Shown here one piece after another: positions 33,921 through 41,222 of a DNA stretch of 41,222 nucleotides. The notes under the pieces were generated by a model. That model was not told the origin of the DNA, searched no databases, and worked only from the letters and a program-made list of their open reading frames with translations. Source of the stretch: a virus (lineage: Duplodnaviria > Caudoviricetes); the IMG/VR virus record IMGVR_UViG_3300048599_000905, positions 1-41,222 of that record. One strand, written 5' to 3'. Each line of letters starts with the position of its first letter. The stretch's first letter is position 1. A program made the translations under genes and the position numbers.

Positions 33921-34099
33921 TCGATCAAGCCGTGATGGTTTGGGCGTTCGCTGGCCGCGAGTACAGCGCCGAAGAGCTCGAACACTACGTGCTGACCGGC
34001 AGCCTGCAGGCGAGCACCCGCCCGCAAAAGAACGTGACGCCCTACAACCCGATGGCCATGGAATTGATCGGCAAGGAACTGGACAAGCGCTATGGCTAG
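33647..34099 (+). CDS. -1 frameshift extension of tail chaperone (gpGT-like)
   Basis: T TTT TTC heptamer in frame at 33647-33653; -1 frame open to 34099 with AG.LGRDPDRYTWRRL...YNPM. Confidence 0.7.
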   Translation, partial: FFPLDRSPRPSGSDRCHDHDAKPDSTESERPPGERAGPAAAPDENRGGDRLGSLDCILGIAGCLGRDPDRYTWRRLDELYQGSQRHARRVLIDQAVMVWAFAGREYSAEELEHYVLTGSLQASTRPQKNVTPYNPMAMELIGKELDKRYG

Positions 34100-36131
34100 C
34101 AAATCCGACATTGAAGCCGGCAAAGCCCACATCGTCGTTTACGTCAAGAACTCGCCGGCGCTCAAGGCTCTGCAGGCCATTCAGAAAGAGGCCCAGGCGA
34201 TTGGCACTTCGTTGATAAAAGTGGGCGGAATCATCACCGGCGTGGCGGCAGCCATCACGGGGCCCATCGGAGCGGCCGTGAATACGTTCGTCGGCCTGGG
34301 GACAGAACTATCTACCGTCTCGCGACGCACCGGGCTGGGGACGCGGGCCCTGGGGGAATTCCGCCACGCGGCCGAACAGACCGGCGCTTCGCTAGGGGAC
34401 GTCGAGGGGGCCAGCAAGAGCTTGACCAAAGCCATCGCCGACGCATCGATGGGCGGGGCCGGTTCGGTACTCGCGTTCTCGCGGCTGGGGACCACCGCCG
34501 AGGCCCTGAAAAAGCAACTCCCCGAACAGCAGCTCCAAACCATCGCCGACCGGCTGGCCGCGATCAAGGATCCTGCCCAGCAGGCCGCCCTGGCCGCCCA
34601 GGTGCTCGGTGGCACGAATTTGCTGCCCATGGTCGCCCAACTCGGTGCGCTGCGCCAGGAGGCCCGCGACTTGGGTTTGGCACCGTCAGAACAGGCCGTG
34701 GCCGACGCCGCCAACCTGGGCCGGCTGATCAAGCGGCAACTCTCCGCGGTGACCGCCGCCATCTTCGAAATCGGGGCGGCCGTGGGGCCCACGTTGTTTC
34801 CGATCGGCGAGGCCCTGCTGCGCATCACCGGCAGGGTAACCCGCTGGATCCGCGAGAATCAGCAGGTGGTGCGCACCGTGGCCCGGATCGGGGCCATCAT
34901 CGCCGCCGTGGGCGTCGCCGTTACCGGCATCGGGGTGGCCATTTTTGGCGTGGGGACCGTGTTCGGCGCGGTGGCCACCATCGCCACGACGGTCAGCGGG
35001 GCCATTGGCGGCATCATTACGGCGGTTTCCGCCCTGGGTGTGCTCATTGGTCCGCTGTTGTCTCCCCTGGGGCTGATTCTGCTGGCCGTCGGCGCCATCG
35101 GCACTGCCCTGGCGGTTTCGCTCGCGCGCTGGACGAAATTCACCGACACGGCCAAGGCCGCGCTAGGCGAGGTGGTGCGCGTGATCCAACCCTACGTTGA
35201 CGTGGTGCGCACCACGATCGGCGGCATTGTCGATGCGCTGATGTCCGGGCAGATCGGGGCTGCCGCGCGTATCGCAATTCTGGGCATGCGGGTGGCGTTC
35301 GAGATGGGCCGGCTCGCCATCGTCGGCGGCTGGCTGGACCTGCGCAACCGGGTGCTGGTGATTTGGGACGAGATCGGCGTGCGCATCGCCGGCGTGCTGG
35401 CCTACGTCGGCAAACTCTGGTCTGTGGCCCTGACGGGCATGTTGCAGACCGACATAGGCAAAGCGCTTTCCCAGGGGTGGGAGGGGTTCCAGATCGCGGC
35501 CACCACGGCCCTGAAGAATGTGATTGCCTATGCGCATGGGCTTGCAAAAGCCGTGAATATCATTCTGAAGCAAGTTCAATCAACGATACAAGTCGTCGCG
35601 GTGACTCTGCCCACGCTCGAAAAACTGGCCCTGGGAAACGCCGCCAATCAGATCAAGGACGTGGCCGGCCCCGACATTGTCGCGGCCATGAACGAAGCAG
35701 CCGCCGCGGCCGACGAGGCAATGCAGAACGCCCGGGCCGATCGTGCGGAGCGACGCCGGGAACGGGAGCAGGAGGCCGACATTTGGCGGAATGCTCAATT
35801 GGCCGTGATCAACGCCAACCGCCGCGAACTCGAAGAGCGAGCTGCCGAGGCTCGCGCCCTGCGCGACCGGCTGCGGGCCGGTGGAGCGGGAGACGTTCGG
35901 CCAGGTGACCAGCGAGCCGTCGGCGACGTCGTGAGTGGCGCGGCCCTGCGCCAGAACTTCGGTACGTTCTCCGGGCTTGCCCTCGCGCTGGGCGGGGCCG
36001 GCGAAAGTGTCACCCGTCGGCAACTGCGCGTCGCCGAGGAACAACGCAATTTGCAACGCGACCAGTTACGAGCGGCCGACCGCAACGTGCAAGCGGCCGA
36101 ACGACTCGAACAGGCGCTAAGGATGGCCTAA
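34092..36131 (+). CDS. tail tape measure protein
   Basis: AGKAHIVV start, L...SRRTG...L....AAEQTG, Ala/Gly-rich helical with hydrophobic segment. Confidence 0.9.
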   Translation: MASKSDIEAGKAHIVVYVKNSPALKALQAIQKEAQAIGTSLIKVGGIITGVAAAITGPIGAAVNTFVGLGTELSTVSRRTGLGTRALGEFRHAAEQTGASLGDVEGASKSLTKAIADASMGGAGSVLAFSRLGTTAEALKKQLPEQQLQTIADRLAAIKDPAQQAALAAQVLGGTNLLPMVAQLGALRQEARDLGLAPSEQAVADAANLGRLIKRQLSAVTAAIFEIGAAVGPTLFPIGEALLRITGRVTRWIRENQQVVRTVARIGAIIAAVGVAVTGIGVAIFGVGTVFGAVATIATTVSGAIGGIITAVSALGVLIGPLLSPLGLILLAVGAIGTALAVSLARWTKFTDTAKAALGEVVRVIQPYVDVVRTTIGGIVDALMSGQIGAAARIAILGMRVAFEMGRLAIVGGWLDLRNRVLVIWDEIGVRIAGVLAYVGKLWSVALTGMLQTDIGKALSQGWEGFQIAATTALKNVIAYAHGLAKAVNIILKQVQSTIQVVAVTLPTLEKLALGNAANQIKDVAGPDIVAAMNEAAAAADEAMQNARADRAERRREREQEADIWRNAQLAVINANRRELEERAAEARALRDRLRAGGAGDVRPGDQRAVGDVVSGAALRQNFGTFSGLALALGGAGESVTRRQLRVAEEQRNLQRDQLRAADRNVQAAERLEQALRMA

Positions 36132-36133
36132 CT

Positions 36134-36937
36134 ATGTCGTTTTCGTTCCAACTCTCGCCCCGCAGCCCCACGCAAGTCAGCTCCAACCCGCCGCTGATCG
36201 AACACGAGTACGTTGCCGAGGGGATCGACGATTCCACCGTCGTGCACGCCGCCGGCCTGCAGTACACCCCGCCAGCGATCGCGAGCGCCCAGGGAACGCT
36301 GTACCGCCAGGACGTGCGCGTCATGAAACAGGGGTTCGGCCTGTTCTATGTCGCCGTCCCCTACGCCCCGCGCGCGAAAAGCAAATTCACCTGGGATTAC
36401 GACACCCAGGGGGGCACGGTCAACGTCAAAGTGAGCCGCCAGACTATCGGCCGCTATGTCGCCGCCGGGCAAGTGGAACGGGACCACGCCGGCGCCATCG
36501 GCCGCAATCTCGACGGGTCTGTCGACGGCGTCGACATTGTCATTCCCAGCATGGTGATCAATGCCCAAATCACCCACCCTTACGGCGTGCTGACCTTTCA
36601 ATATGCCAGCATGATCATGGACCTGACGGGCTACGTGAACAGTGACCCGATCTTCGGCCGGCAGCCTGGCGAAGTGCTTTTCTTGGGTGGCCGCGGCAGC
36701 GATGGGAGCGAGTCGGAGGCCCAGGCCGGCTACAAGTTCGCCGTGTCGAAGAACCTGCAAAACCTCGTGCTGGGCGGCATTTCCGTGGCGCAGAAGGCGG
36801 GCCACGATTACGCGTGGGTGGAATTCCTAGCGACCCCCGTAGGTGGCCAGGCCGTGACACGCCCCCGGCAAGTGAACGTCGAACGTGTATACGATCGCAT
36901 CGACCTGGCCGGAATTCTTGGCCTCCCAAGGTGGTAA
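36134..36937 (+). CDS. tail tip/hub-region protein
   Basis: Follows TMP; G.VN...FG..PGEVLFLG, GHDY.WV, V..VY. Confidence 0.65.
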   Translation: MSFSFQLSPRSPTQVSSNPPLIEHEYVAEGIDDSTVVHAAGLQYTPPAIASAQGTLYRQDVRVMKQGFGLFYVAVPYAPRAKSKFTWDYDTQGGTVNVKVSRQTIGRYVAAGQVERDHAGAIGRNLDGSVDGVDIVIPSMVINAQITHPYGVLTFQYASMIMDLTGYVNSDPIFGRQPGEVLFLGGRGSDGSESEAQAGYKFAVSKNLQNLVLGGISVAQKAGHDYAWVEFLATPVGGQAVTRPRQVNVERVYDRIDLAGILGLPRW

Positions 36938-36939
36938 CT

Positions 36940-37989
36940 ATGTCCGACAAATGCAACCAAGGGGACGCCCCGACCAAAGGGCCGATGAATACGGCCGCCT
37001 GGAATCGCGTCGTCGAGTCAGCCGACGCCTACCACGCCCAGCAGGCCGGCGGAATTGCGCGCGTCCCACCGGCGCACGGCCGCAACTGGCATTCGATCGT
37101 CAACCTGCAAAACCAGACTGGTTACGACGTGCGGCAAGGGGAGGTGCTCGAATTCGACGAGTCGCCACTGGACCTGCCCAACAATCACGAGCTGTACCTG
37201 GACGGCAAAACCCCCGACAGCTTCCGCACCGGCTGGGGCGTCGCGCTCGAGCCGATGCTGCACGCCACATCGGGACCGCAGAACAGCGCGCCGTTTCTGA
37301 CGAATGGCGTTTGCATGGCGAAGGTGAAGATTCGGAGCGAAAGCCATGGCTATGCGGTGCGCATGCCCGATTCACGAGTGCTCGAATCGTCGAACTACGG
37401 GCCGATCCTCATTCACCACAAGATCCCCGTCGACCCCGAGGAGGAATCGCCATCCCTGCCCGAAGAGCGCGATTGTCTTGTGGAACTCGTCAAGCAATCG
37501 CGGTGGTTCCTCGCGCTCGCCAGTTCATTGAACCCCGGCCTCTACACGCCGGGTTCCAGCGGTTCCAGCCAGTTTCACGGCTTTCAGTATCTCTCCCCGT
37601 CATCGAACGTCCCGTTCGAACTGGACGGCGACGGTTACCTTGTCGTCAAAGAGCTTCTGTGGCCCTGTTTCATCAACACAGCCATTTCCATCAGTGTGCC
37701 TTACGTGCGGAACAACTGGTCGCAGGTCACCGTGTATCTGCAGCGGGAGACGTCGCCGGGATCCGGCACGTGGACGCAGGTGGGCAACTATGGCACGTTG
37801 TTCTCGGCCTGGCCCGACTTGCCCATTCTGTCGGGCGGTGGTGGGGGGAACGCCACGGTTTGCAATTTGACCACTGGCATCGGCGTGGGGAAGGATGCGA
37901 AATTCCGCATTCGATCCGACGTGAGCTACAGCGGAACGGCCCCGCAGGTGAACGTCAGTTGCCCGGCGTGCACGTTCTTTTATCGCTAG
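36940..37989 (+). CDS. tail tip / putative receptor-binding protein
   Basis: Last late gene; AAWN, V.LQNQTG.D...EVL, GVALEP; beta-rich C-domain. Confidence 0.6.
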   Translation: MSDKCNQGDAPTKGPMNTAAWNRVVESADAYHAQQAGGIARVPPAHGRNWHSIVNLQNQTGYDVRQGEVLEFDESPLDLPNNHELYLDGKTPDSFRTGWGVALEPMLHATSGPQNSAPFLTNGVCMAKVKIRSESHGYAVRMPDSRVLESSNYGPILIHHKIPVDPEEESPSLPEERDCLVELVKQSRWFLALASSLNPGLYTPGSSGSSQFHGFQYLSPSSNVPFELDGDGYLVVKELLWPCFINTAISISVPYVRNNWSQVTVYLQRETSPGSGTWTQVGNYGTLFSAWPDLPILSGGGGGNATVCNLTTGIGVGKDAKFRIRSDVSYSGTAPQVNVSCPACTFFYR

Positions 37990-38360
37990 TCTTGTTTGTC
38001 AGAGTGCACCGGGATCGGCCCGCTGTTGCGCAGGCCGTTAGCGATTACTTCAAAGTCCGCCTGGTCCTCGGGGCTCAAAGCCGCGTAAGCTGCAATTGTG
38101 TCGTCGACACTCTTTCCTTTCATCGCGCGCACAATAGCCGCTTCCGTTGTCGCTTCTGTTGAGGACGGCCCGACGGATAGCAACCCACTGCGCCAAACCA
38201 AGCATTCTGCGGCCAGGCGAAACTTTGCGGCCTTATCCGCTGGCAGCGGCTTTGCCATGCGCTCGACTTCCTCTGCGATGGTCGGGCCATTACAGCGGAA
38301 GCGATCAACCGGAGCGCCGCCGCAGCCTGAGAGTCCCAGCGTTATCGCGAGCAACAGCAC
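37986..38360 (-). CDS. lipoprotein (DUF6694-like)
   Basis: Lipobox LLAITLGLSG-C; KGKSVDDTIA. Confidence 0.6.
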   Translation of the reverse strand: MLLLAITLGLSGCGGAPVDRFRCNGPTIAEEVERMAKPLPADKAAKFRLAAECLVWRSGLLSVGPSSTEATTEAAIVRAMKGKSVDDTIAAYAALSPEDQADFEVIANGLRNSGPIPVHSDKQD

Positions 38361-38397
38361 GTTCGCACGAATCAAAGTTGCTCCCCTTATGTTGCGG

Positions 38398-38694
38398 TTA
38401 CCATACAAATGCCAACCCAACCCCCACACACCCGGCAATAGCTATCATTCCCATTAGCCAGATCAGGACACATCCGCACCCAGACCGCGATTGCCGCGCT
38501 GGGAGTTCGTCCAATGGCAAACCTGCTTGAACGCGAAAGAGTCGATCCTGGGCAGCAGCCGGCGGCAATCCAGCCTTCAGCGCGTCAATCAACAATGACG
38601 CTTCACCCTTAGTTTTCGGCCTGGCCAACCGGTAGCCCAGCTGGTTCAAGAACTCAAGCTGCCGATCCGTGGCAGGATCCTTTTGCCAGCTCAT
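38398..38694 (-). CDS. membrane-anchored hypothetical protein
   Basis: PATDRQLEFL..LG...TKGEASLLI domain plus C-terminal TM helix. Confidence 0.7.
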   Translation of the reverse strand: MSWQKDPATDRQLEFLNQLGYRLARPKTKGEASLLIDALKAGLPPAAAQDRLFRVQAGLPLDELPARQSRSGCGCVLIWLMGMIAIAGCVGVGLAFVW

Positions 38695-38697
38695 GGT

Positions 38698-38943
38698 TTA
38701 CTTGGGCCCCGGCTTTTTCTTAGGCTTTCGCCCGGGTTTCCGCTCGCGAACTTTCACGGCGGGGAAGGGAATTGACGGATTGCCGAGGAACACGAAAAGT
38801 TTGTCGAGTGTGCTGCTGTGGGCCTCGCCACCATCCATAAACTTCGCGATCACCGCTCTGGTGACCCCGGTTTCCTCATGGAGTGCGTTCTGCGAGAGGC
38901 CTAGAGCCTTTAGTCGTGCCCGAATCTGATCCGTCAGTGTCAT
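38698..38943 (-). CDS. Cro/CI-type HTH repressor
   Basis: LTDQIRARLKALGLSQNALHEETGVTRAVIAKFMDG...TLDKL. Confidence 0.85.
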   Translation of the reverse strand: MTLTDQIRARLKALGLSQNALHEETGVTRAVIAKFMDGGEAHSSTLDKLFVFLGNPSIPFPAVKVRERKPGRKPKKKPGPK

Positions 38944-39008
38944 AGGCAGAGAGTCTAGTTTTGCTGATCCATGCGAAACATTGGCACAAACGAAACGGTG
39001 CCACGTTC

Positions 39009-39037
39009 TTGACAACGTTCCTTGCAGGAAGGATATT
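39009..39037 (+). promoter_or_regulatory. sigma70 promoter with palindromic operator
   Basis: TTGACA-17-GATATT; TTCCT-tgc-AGGAA (39018-39030) in spacer. Confidence 0.7.
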
Positions 39038-39078
39038 GCCGCAATCGCCCGTGCCGCTGCAGGAGCAGCGAGGCCATG

Positions 39079-39150
39079 AAAAAAGCCCGGTCGGTGCTGT
39101 AACACCTTCCGAGCTGGCGAATGGAACCCAGCTAAAGGATTCTTCGCATG
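39079..39150 (-). ncRNA. cis-antisense sRNA (SymR/sar-like architecture)
   Basis: Minus-strand TTGCCG-17-TAGAAT (39185-39157); terminator hairpin AGCTCGG..GGTG/CACC..CCGGGCT plus T-tract. Confidence 0.7.
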
Positions 39151-39249
39151 GACAGGATTCTAACCGCCGCGCGGAAACGCGGCAATCTTCGGTTGGCGGT
39201 AGTGTGCCAAAGCTGTCGCACTTCTTTCGCCGCATGCTCCCGAGGCTAG
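39148..39249 (+). CDS. 33-aa leader peptide MDRILTAARKRGNLRLAVVCQSCRTSFAACSRG
   Basis: AAAGGA SD; stop 4 nt before next ATG. Confidence 0.5.
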   Translation: MDRILTAARKRGNLRLAVVCQSCRTSFAACSRG

Positions 39250-39253
39250 CACC

Positions 39254-39526
39254 ATGATCGCCCCTGCCCGCTTCGATGCTTCCCAAGCCGTCGACCGCGT
39301 TTTGCTGACCTGCGAGGTGCTGCAACGCGTCACGGGACCGGTTTCAGCCGGGGCGCTCGCTATGACCCTGGAAGAACGGGCTCAGCGACCTTGGAGCAAG
39401 CGGACGGTGCTACGTGACCTGCAGGCGCTGGAACGCTGCGGATACGTCACGAGCCTGGGCAGTGGGAAACGTGGCGCCACGCTTCTCTGGCAGTGGACTG
39501 GAAGCCCTGGGCTTCGCTCTGCCTAA
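39254..39526 (+). CDS. winged-HTH protein
   Basis: SAGALA..LE.....WSKRTVLRDLQALERCGYV. Confidence 0.75.
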   Translation: MIAPARFDASQAVDRVLLTCEVLQRVTGPVSAGALAMTLEERAQRPWSKRTVLRDLQALERCGYVTSLGSGKRGATLLWQWTGSPGLRSA

Positions 39527-39737
39527 TCGAACCAGCCGGCGGCCTTTGAGCTTGCTGGCCAGAATCGAGCGCCGTGCCACTGATTCGCGGCACCTCGATT
39601 GATTCTGCGCCGCCGAAACGGCGTTTTTGGACGCTAACCGCGTTGCTATTGCTCCGCGCGCACCCGCCCTCAACTGTTCACCGTGGACAGTTCGCTGGCC
39701 TACGGTGCGCTTCGATCCAACCGAAAGCACAAAACCG

Positions 39738-39977
39738 ATGATTGTTTCCCGTTTTTCACTCTCGCGACGGTCCGGGCTGACCTGGATGGCTCGCATCAAT
39801 GTCCTCGTCCGGTCCAGCGCCGCCGATCCGGATTCCCCGGCTTACGCCAATGGCTTCCGCGCGAGGCTCGCCAACTGCTACCGGGCCCTGGCTTGCCCCG
39901 AGAATGACCAAGAGCTGGTGAACTGGCTCGCTGGCTGGGATGCCGCCGACGCGTCCCTGAAAGGCGGTGCCGTATGA
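39738..39977 (+). CDS. Rmf/CrpP-fold-like small protein
   Basis: AYANGFRA...CP.....NWLAGWDAA. Confidence 0.55.
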   Translation: MIVSRFSLSRRSGLTWMARINVLVRSSAADPDSPAYANGFRARLANCYRALACPENDQELVNWLAGWDAADASLKGGAV

Positions 39978-40489
39978 ACGGACTAACCCACAGTTCGACC
40001 CCCGATGATTCCTTGCCCTACGAAGTCTGGCTGGTCTATGACGACGGCCGGCCGGATGAGTTCATCAACGCGTGCCGCTATCGCTCTGGGGCGCAGGCCT
40101 TCCTTGACGAGTGGACGCACGATGACCGTTACGAGTATGAAACGCTCGGCGTGAAACCCGTGATTCGCGAGCGCATCATTTCGGCCACTGGTCTTGCCGA
40201 CGAGACGATCCGCCAGCGGGTGGCACTCCGCGACGAGCTGCAGGCGACCCTTGGTGAGCAATTCGCCGTCGACTATCACCCCAGCGCGACCGCCGGCGAC
40301 GATGAAACAGGGGCGACGCGCGGCCACATGGTCGAAGTGACGTTCTACAGCGAGCTCGAACCGGTGACCGGCATCGATGCACGGGAAGCGGATCCCGCCG
40401 GCCAGGTGGCGGCATGGCTTCGCCGGAAGGCCGAAGAACTGACCGCGATTGCCGCCAGGATCGATGCGGCGAAAGGAGGTGCCACTTGA
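39974..40489 (+). CDS. hypothetical protein
   Basis: ATGA coupling, acidic 171 aa. Confidence 0.7.
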   Translation: MNGLTHSSTPDDSLPYEVWLVYDDGRPDEFINACRYRSGAQAFLDEWTHDDRYEYETLGVKPVIRERIISATGLADETIRQRVALRDELQATLGEQFAVDYHPSATAGDDETGATRGHMVEVTFYSELEPVTGIDAREADPAGQVAAWLRRKAEELTAIAARIDAAKGGAT

Positions 40490-40686
40490 TCGCGCAAACA
40501 CCCATCCCCACGGAAACCACGCGCGGCCTGCAACTCGCCCGCGTGATTCACCTGGCCCAGCTGCTCCGCGGCCGCCGGTACCCGCTCCCCCTGGCCGACA
40601 TCGCGTACGAGCTGCGGGAGGCAACCGGCGATGATTGGAACGAGCGGAAAGCACATTCACCGATTGTGTATCGCGGCGGGCTGTAA
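40486..40686 (+). pseudogene. probably truncated winged-HTH, paralog of 39254-39526
   Basis: AGGAGG SD + TTG; LARVIHLAQLL...LADIAYELRE...WNER then similarity is lost. Confidence 0.45.
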
Positions 40687-40718
40687 GGGCCGAAGTGCAC
40701 TGCAGTCCTGTCGACGTG

Positions 40719-41222
40719 TCATTCTTTGACTGAGGTGCGGCACCAATCGTAAAAACGCCTGCAGTAAGTAGCAGCCTTATCAATTAGGTGGTCCAAAAAA
40801 TCTGTAAAATCGCGTCGCCAGTTCGGCTGCTTCCCCTCCACATAGCCTGGCAGGATCAGTTTGGCTTCATGCAGTTTCAATTCACGCGATAGGCGGCGCT
40901 CTTCGTCTTCGTACCATTGCACATTCCAATACCACATATTGCCGCTGATCAATGCGACCGCAAACCCGACCGCCGCGCTGCACCCAAGAAAGAAGATGAA
41001 AGTGGTGATGTTGCTCCGCTCAACTTCGACCTGCTTAGTCCAGAAATGCTGCAGATCTTTGGAGGCTCCATCTGAAGTCATCGCCTTTACAGCGAATTCT
41101 CGAATCATTCCAACTCGGGCGGTGTACTGCGCAGCAATTCCCACGAAAGAAGCAATGAAAAGCAAGGACGAAATTGTTGTCGTCCACTGGTATAGATGCC
41201 CGTTCGGCAAATTGGGAAACAT
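40719..41222 (-). CDS. membrane protein (two TM segments), low GC; start may be at or beyond window edge
   Basis: Two hydrophobic stretches; AT-richer than prophage. Confidence 0.6.
   Translation of the reverse strand: MFPNLPNGHLYQWTTTISSLLFIASFVGIAAQYTARVGMIREFAVKAMTSDGASKDLQHFWTKQVEVERSNITTFIFFLGCSAAVGFAVALISGNMWYWNVQWYEDEERRLSRELKLHEAKLILPGYVEGKQPNWRRDFTDFLDHLIDKAATYCRRFYDWCRTSVKE

Larger units (their letters stand above)
14611..40690 (+). mobile_element. compact siphovirus-type prophage (~26 kb); right end uncertain
   Basis: Gene order int-xis-rep-dnaB-terminase-portal-protease-capsid-tail-TMP. Confidence 0.88.

Noticed and set aside
36940-37989. Diversity-generating retroelement target in tail-tip gene
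   Set aside because: No reverse transcriptase and no template repeat seen in the window

Overview
This GC-rich window looks like two adjacent temperate-phage elements meeting at a tRNA-Met(CAT) gene at 14537-14610. The host is inferred to be a Planctomycete from my recall of the protein families, not from a search. LEFT (1-~14.5 kb, all minus strand) is one long early operon. It contains an XRE repressor, a ~380-nt structured leader, a tyrosine recombinase, an array of five non-coding hairpins, an initiator-type tRNA-fMet, an Acb2/Tad1-like small protein, an HTH replication initiator with internal iterons, a ParB-like protein with dispersed TTTCCCGGGAAA palindromes, an ASCH protein, an ART-like protein and csrA. 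RIGHT (~14.6-40.7 kb, mostly plus strand) is a compact ~26-kb siphovirus-type prophage. It contains an integrase, an excisionase-like HTH, an initiator with iterons, DnaB, a PLD-like protein, terminase, a lambda-type portal, protease/scaffold, capsid, neck and tail genes, a -1 frameshifted tail chaperone, a short tape measure and an immI-like regulatory module. No lysis genes were recognised. The most striking unexplained signals are non-coding. (i) A promoter-driven ~450-nt highly structured RNA with two identical 13-nt loops lies in front of the packaging genes. (ii) The left recombinase is flanked by a structured leader and a U-tract-punctuated hairpin array with duplicated internal motifs. 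(iii) A SymR/sar-like antisense RNA plus leader peptide lies at ~39.1 kb. All family assignments are by-eye motif recognition; no searches or folding programs were run.
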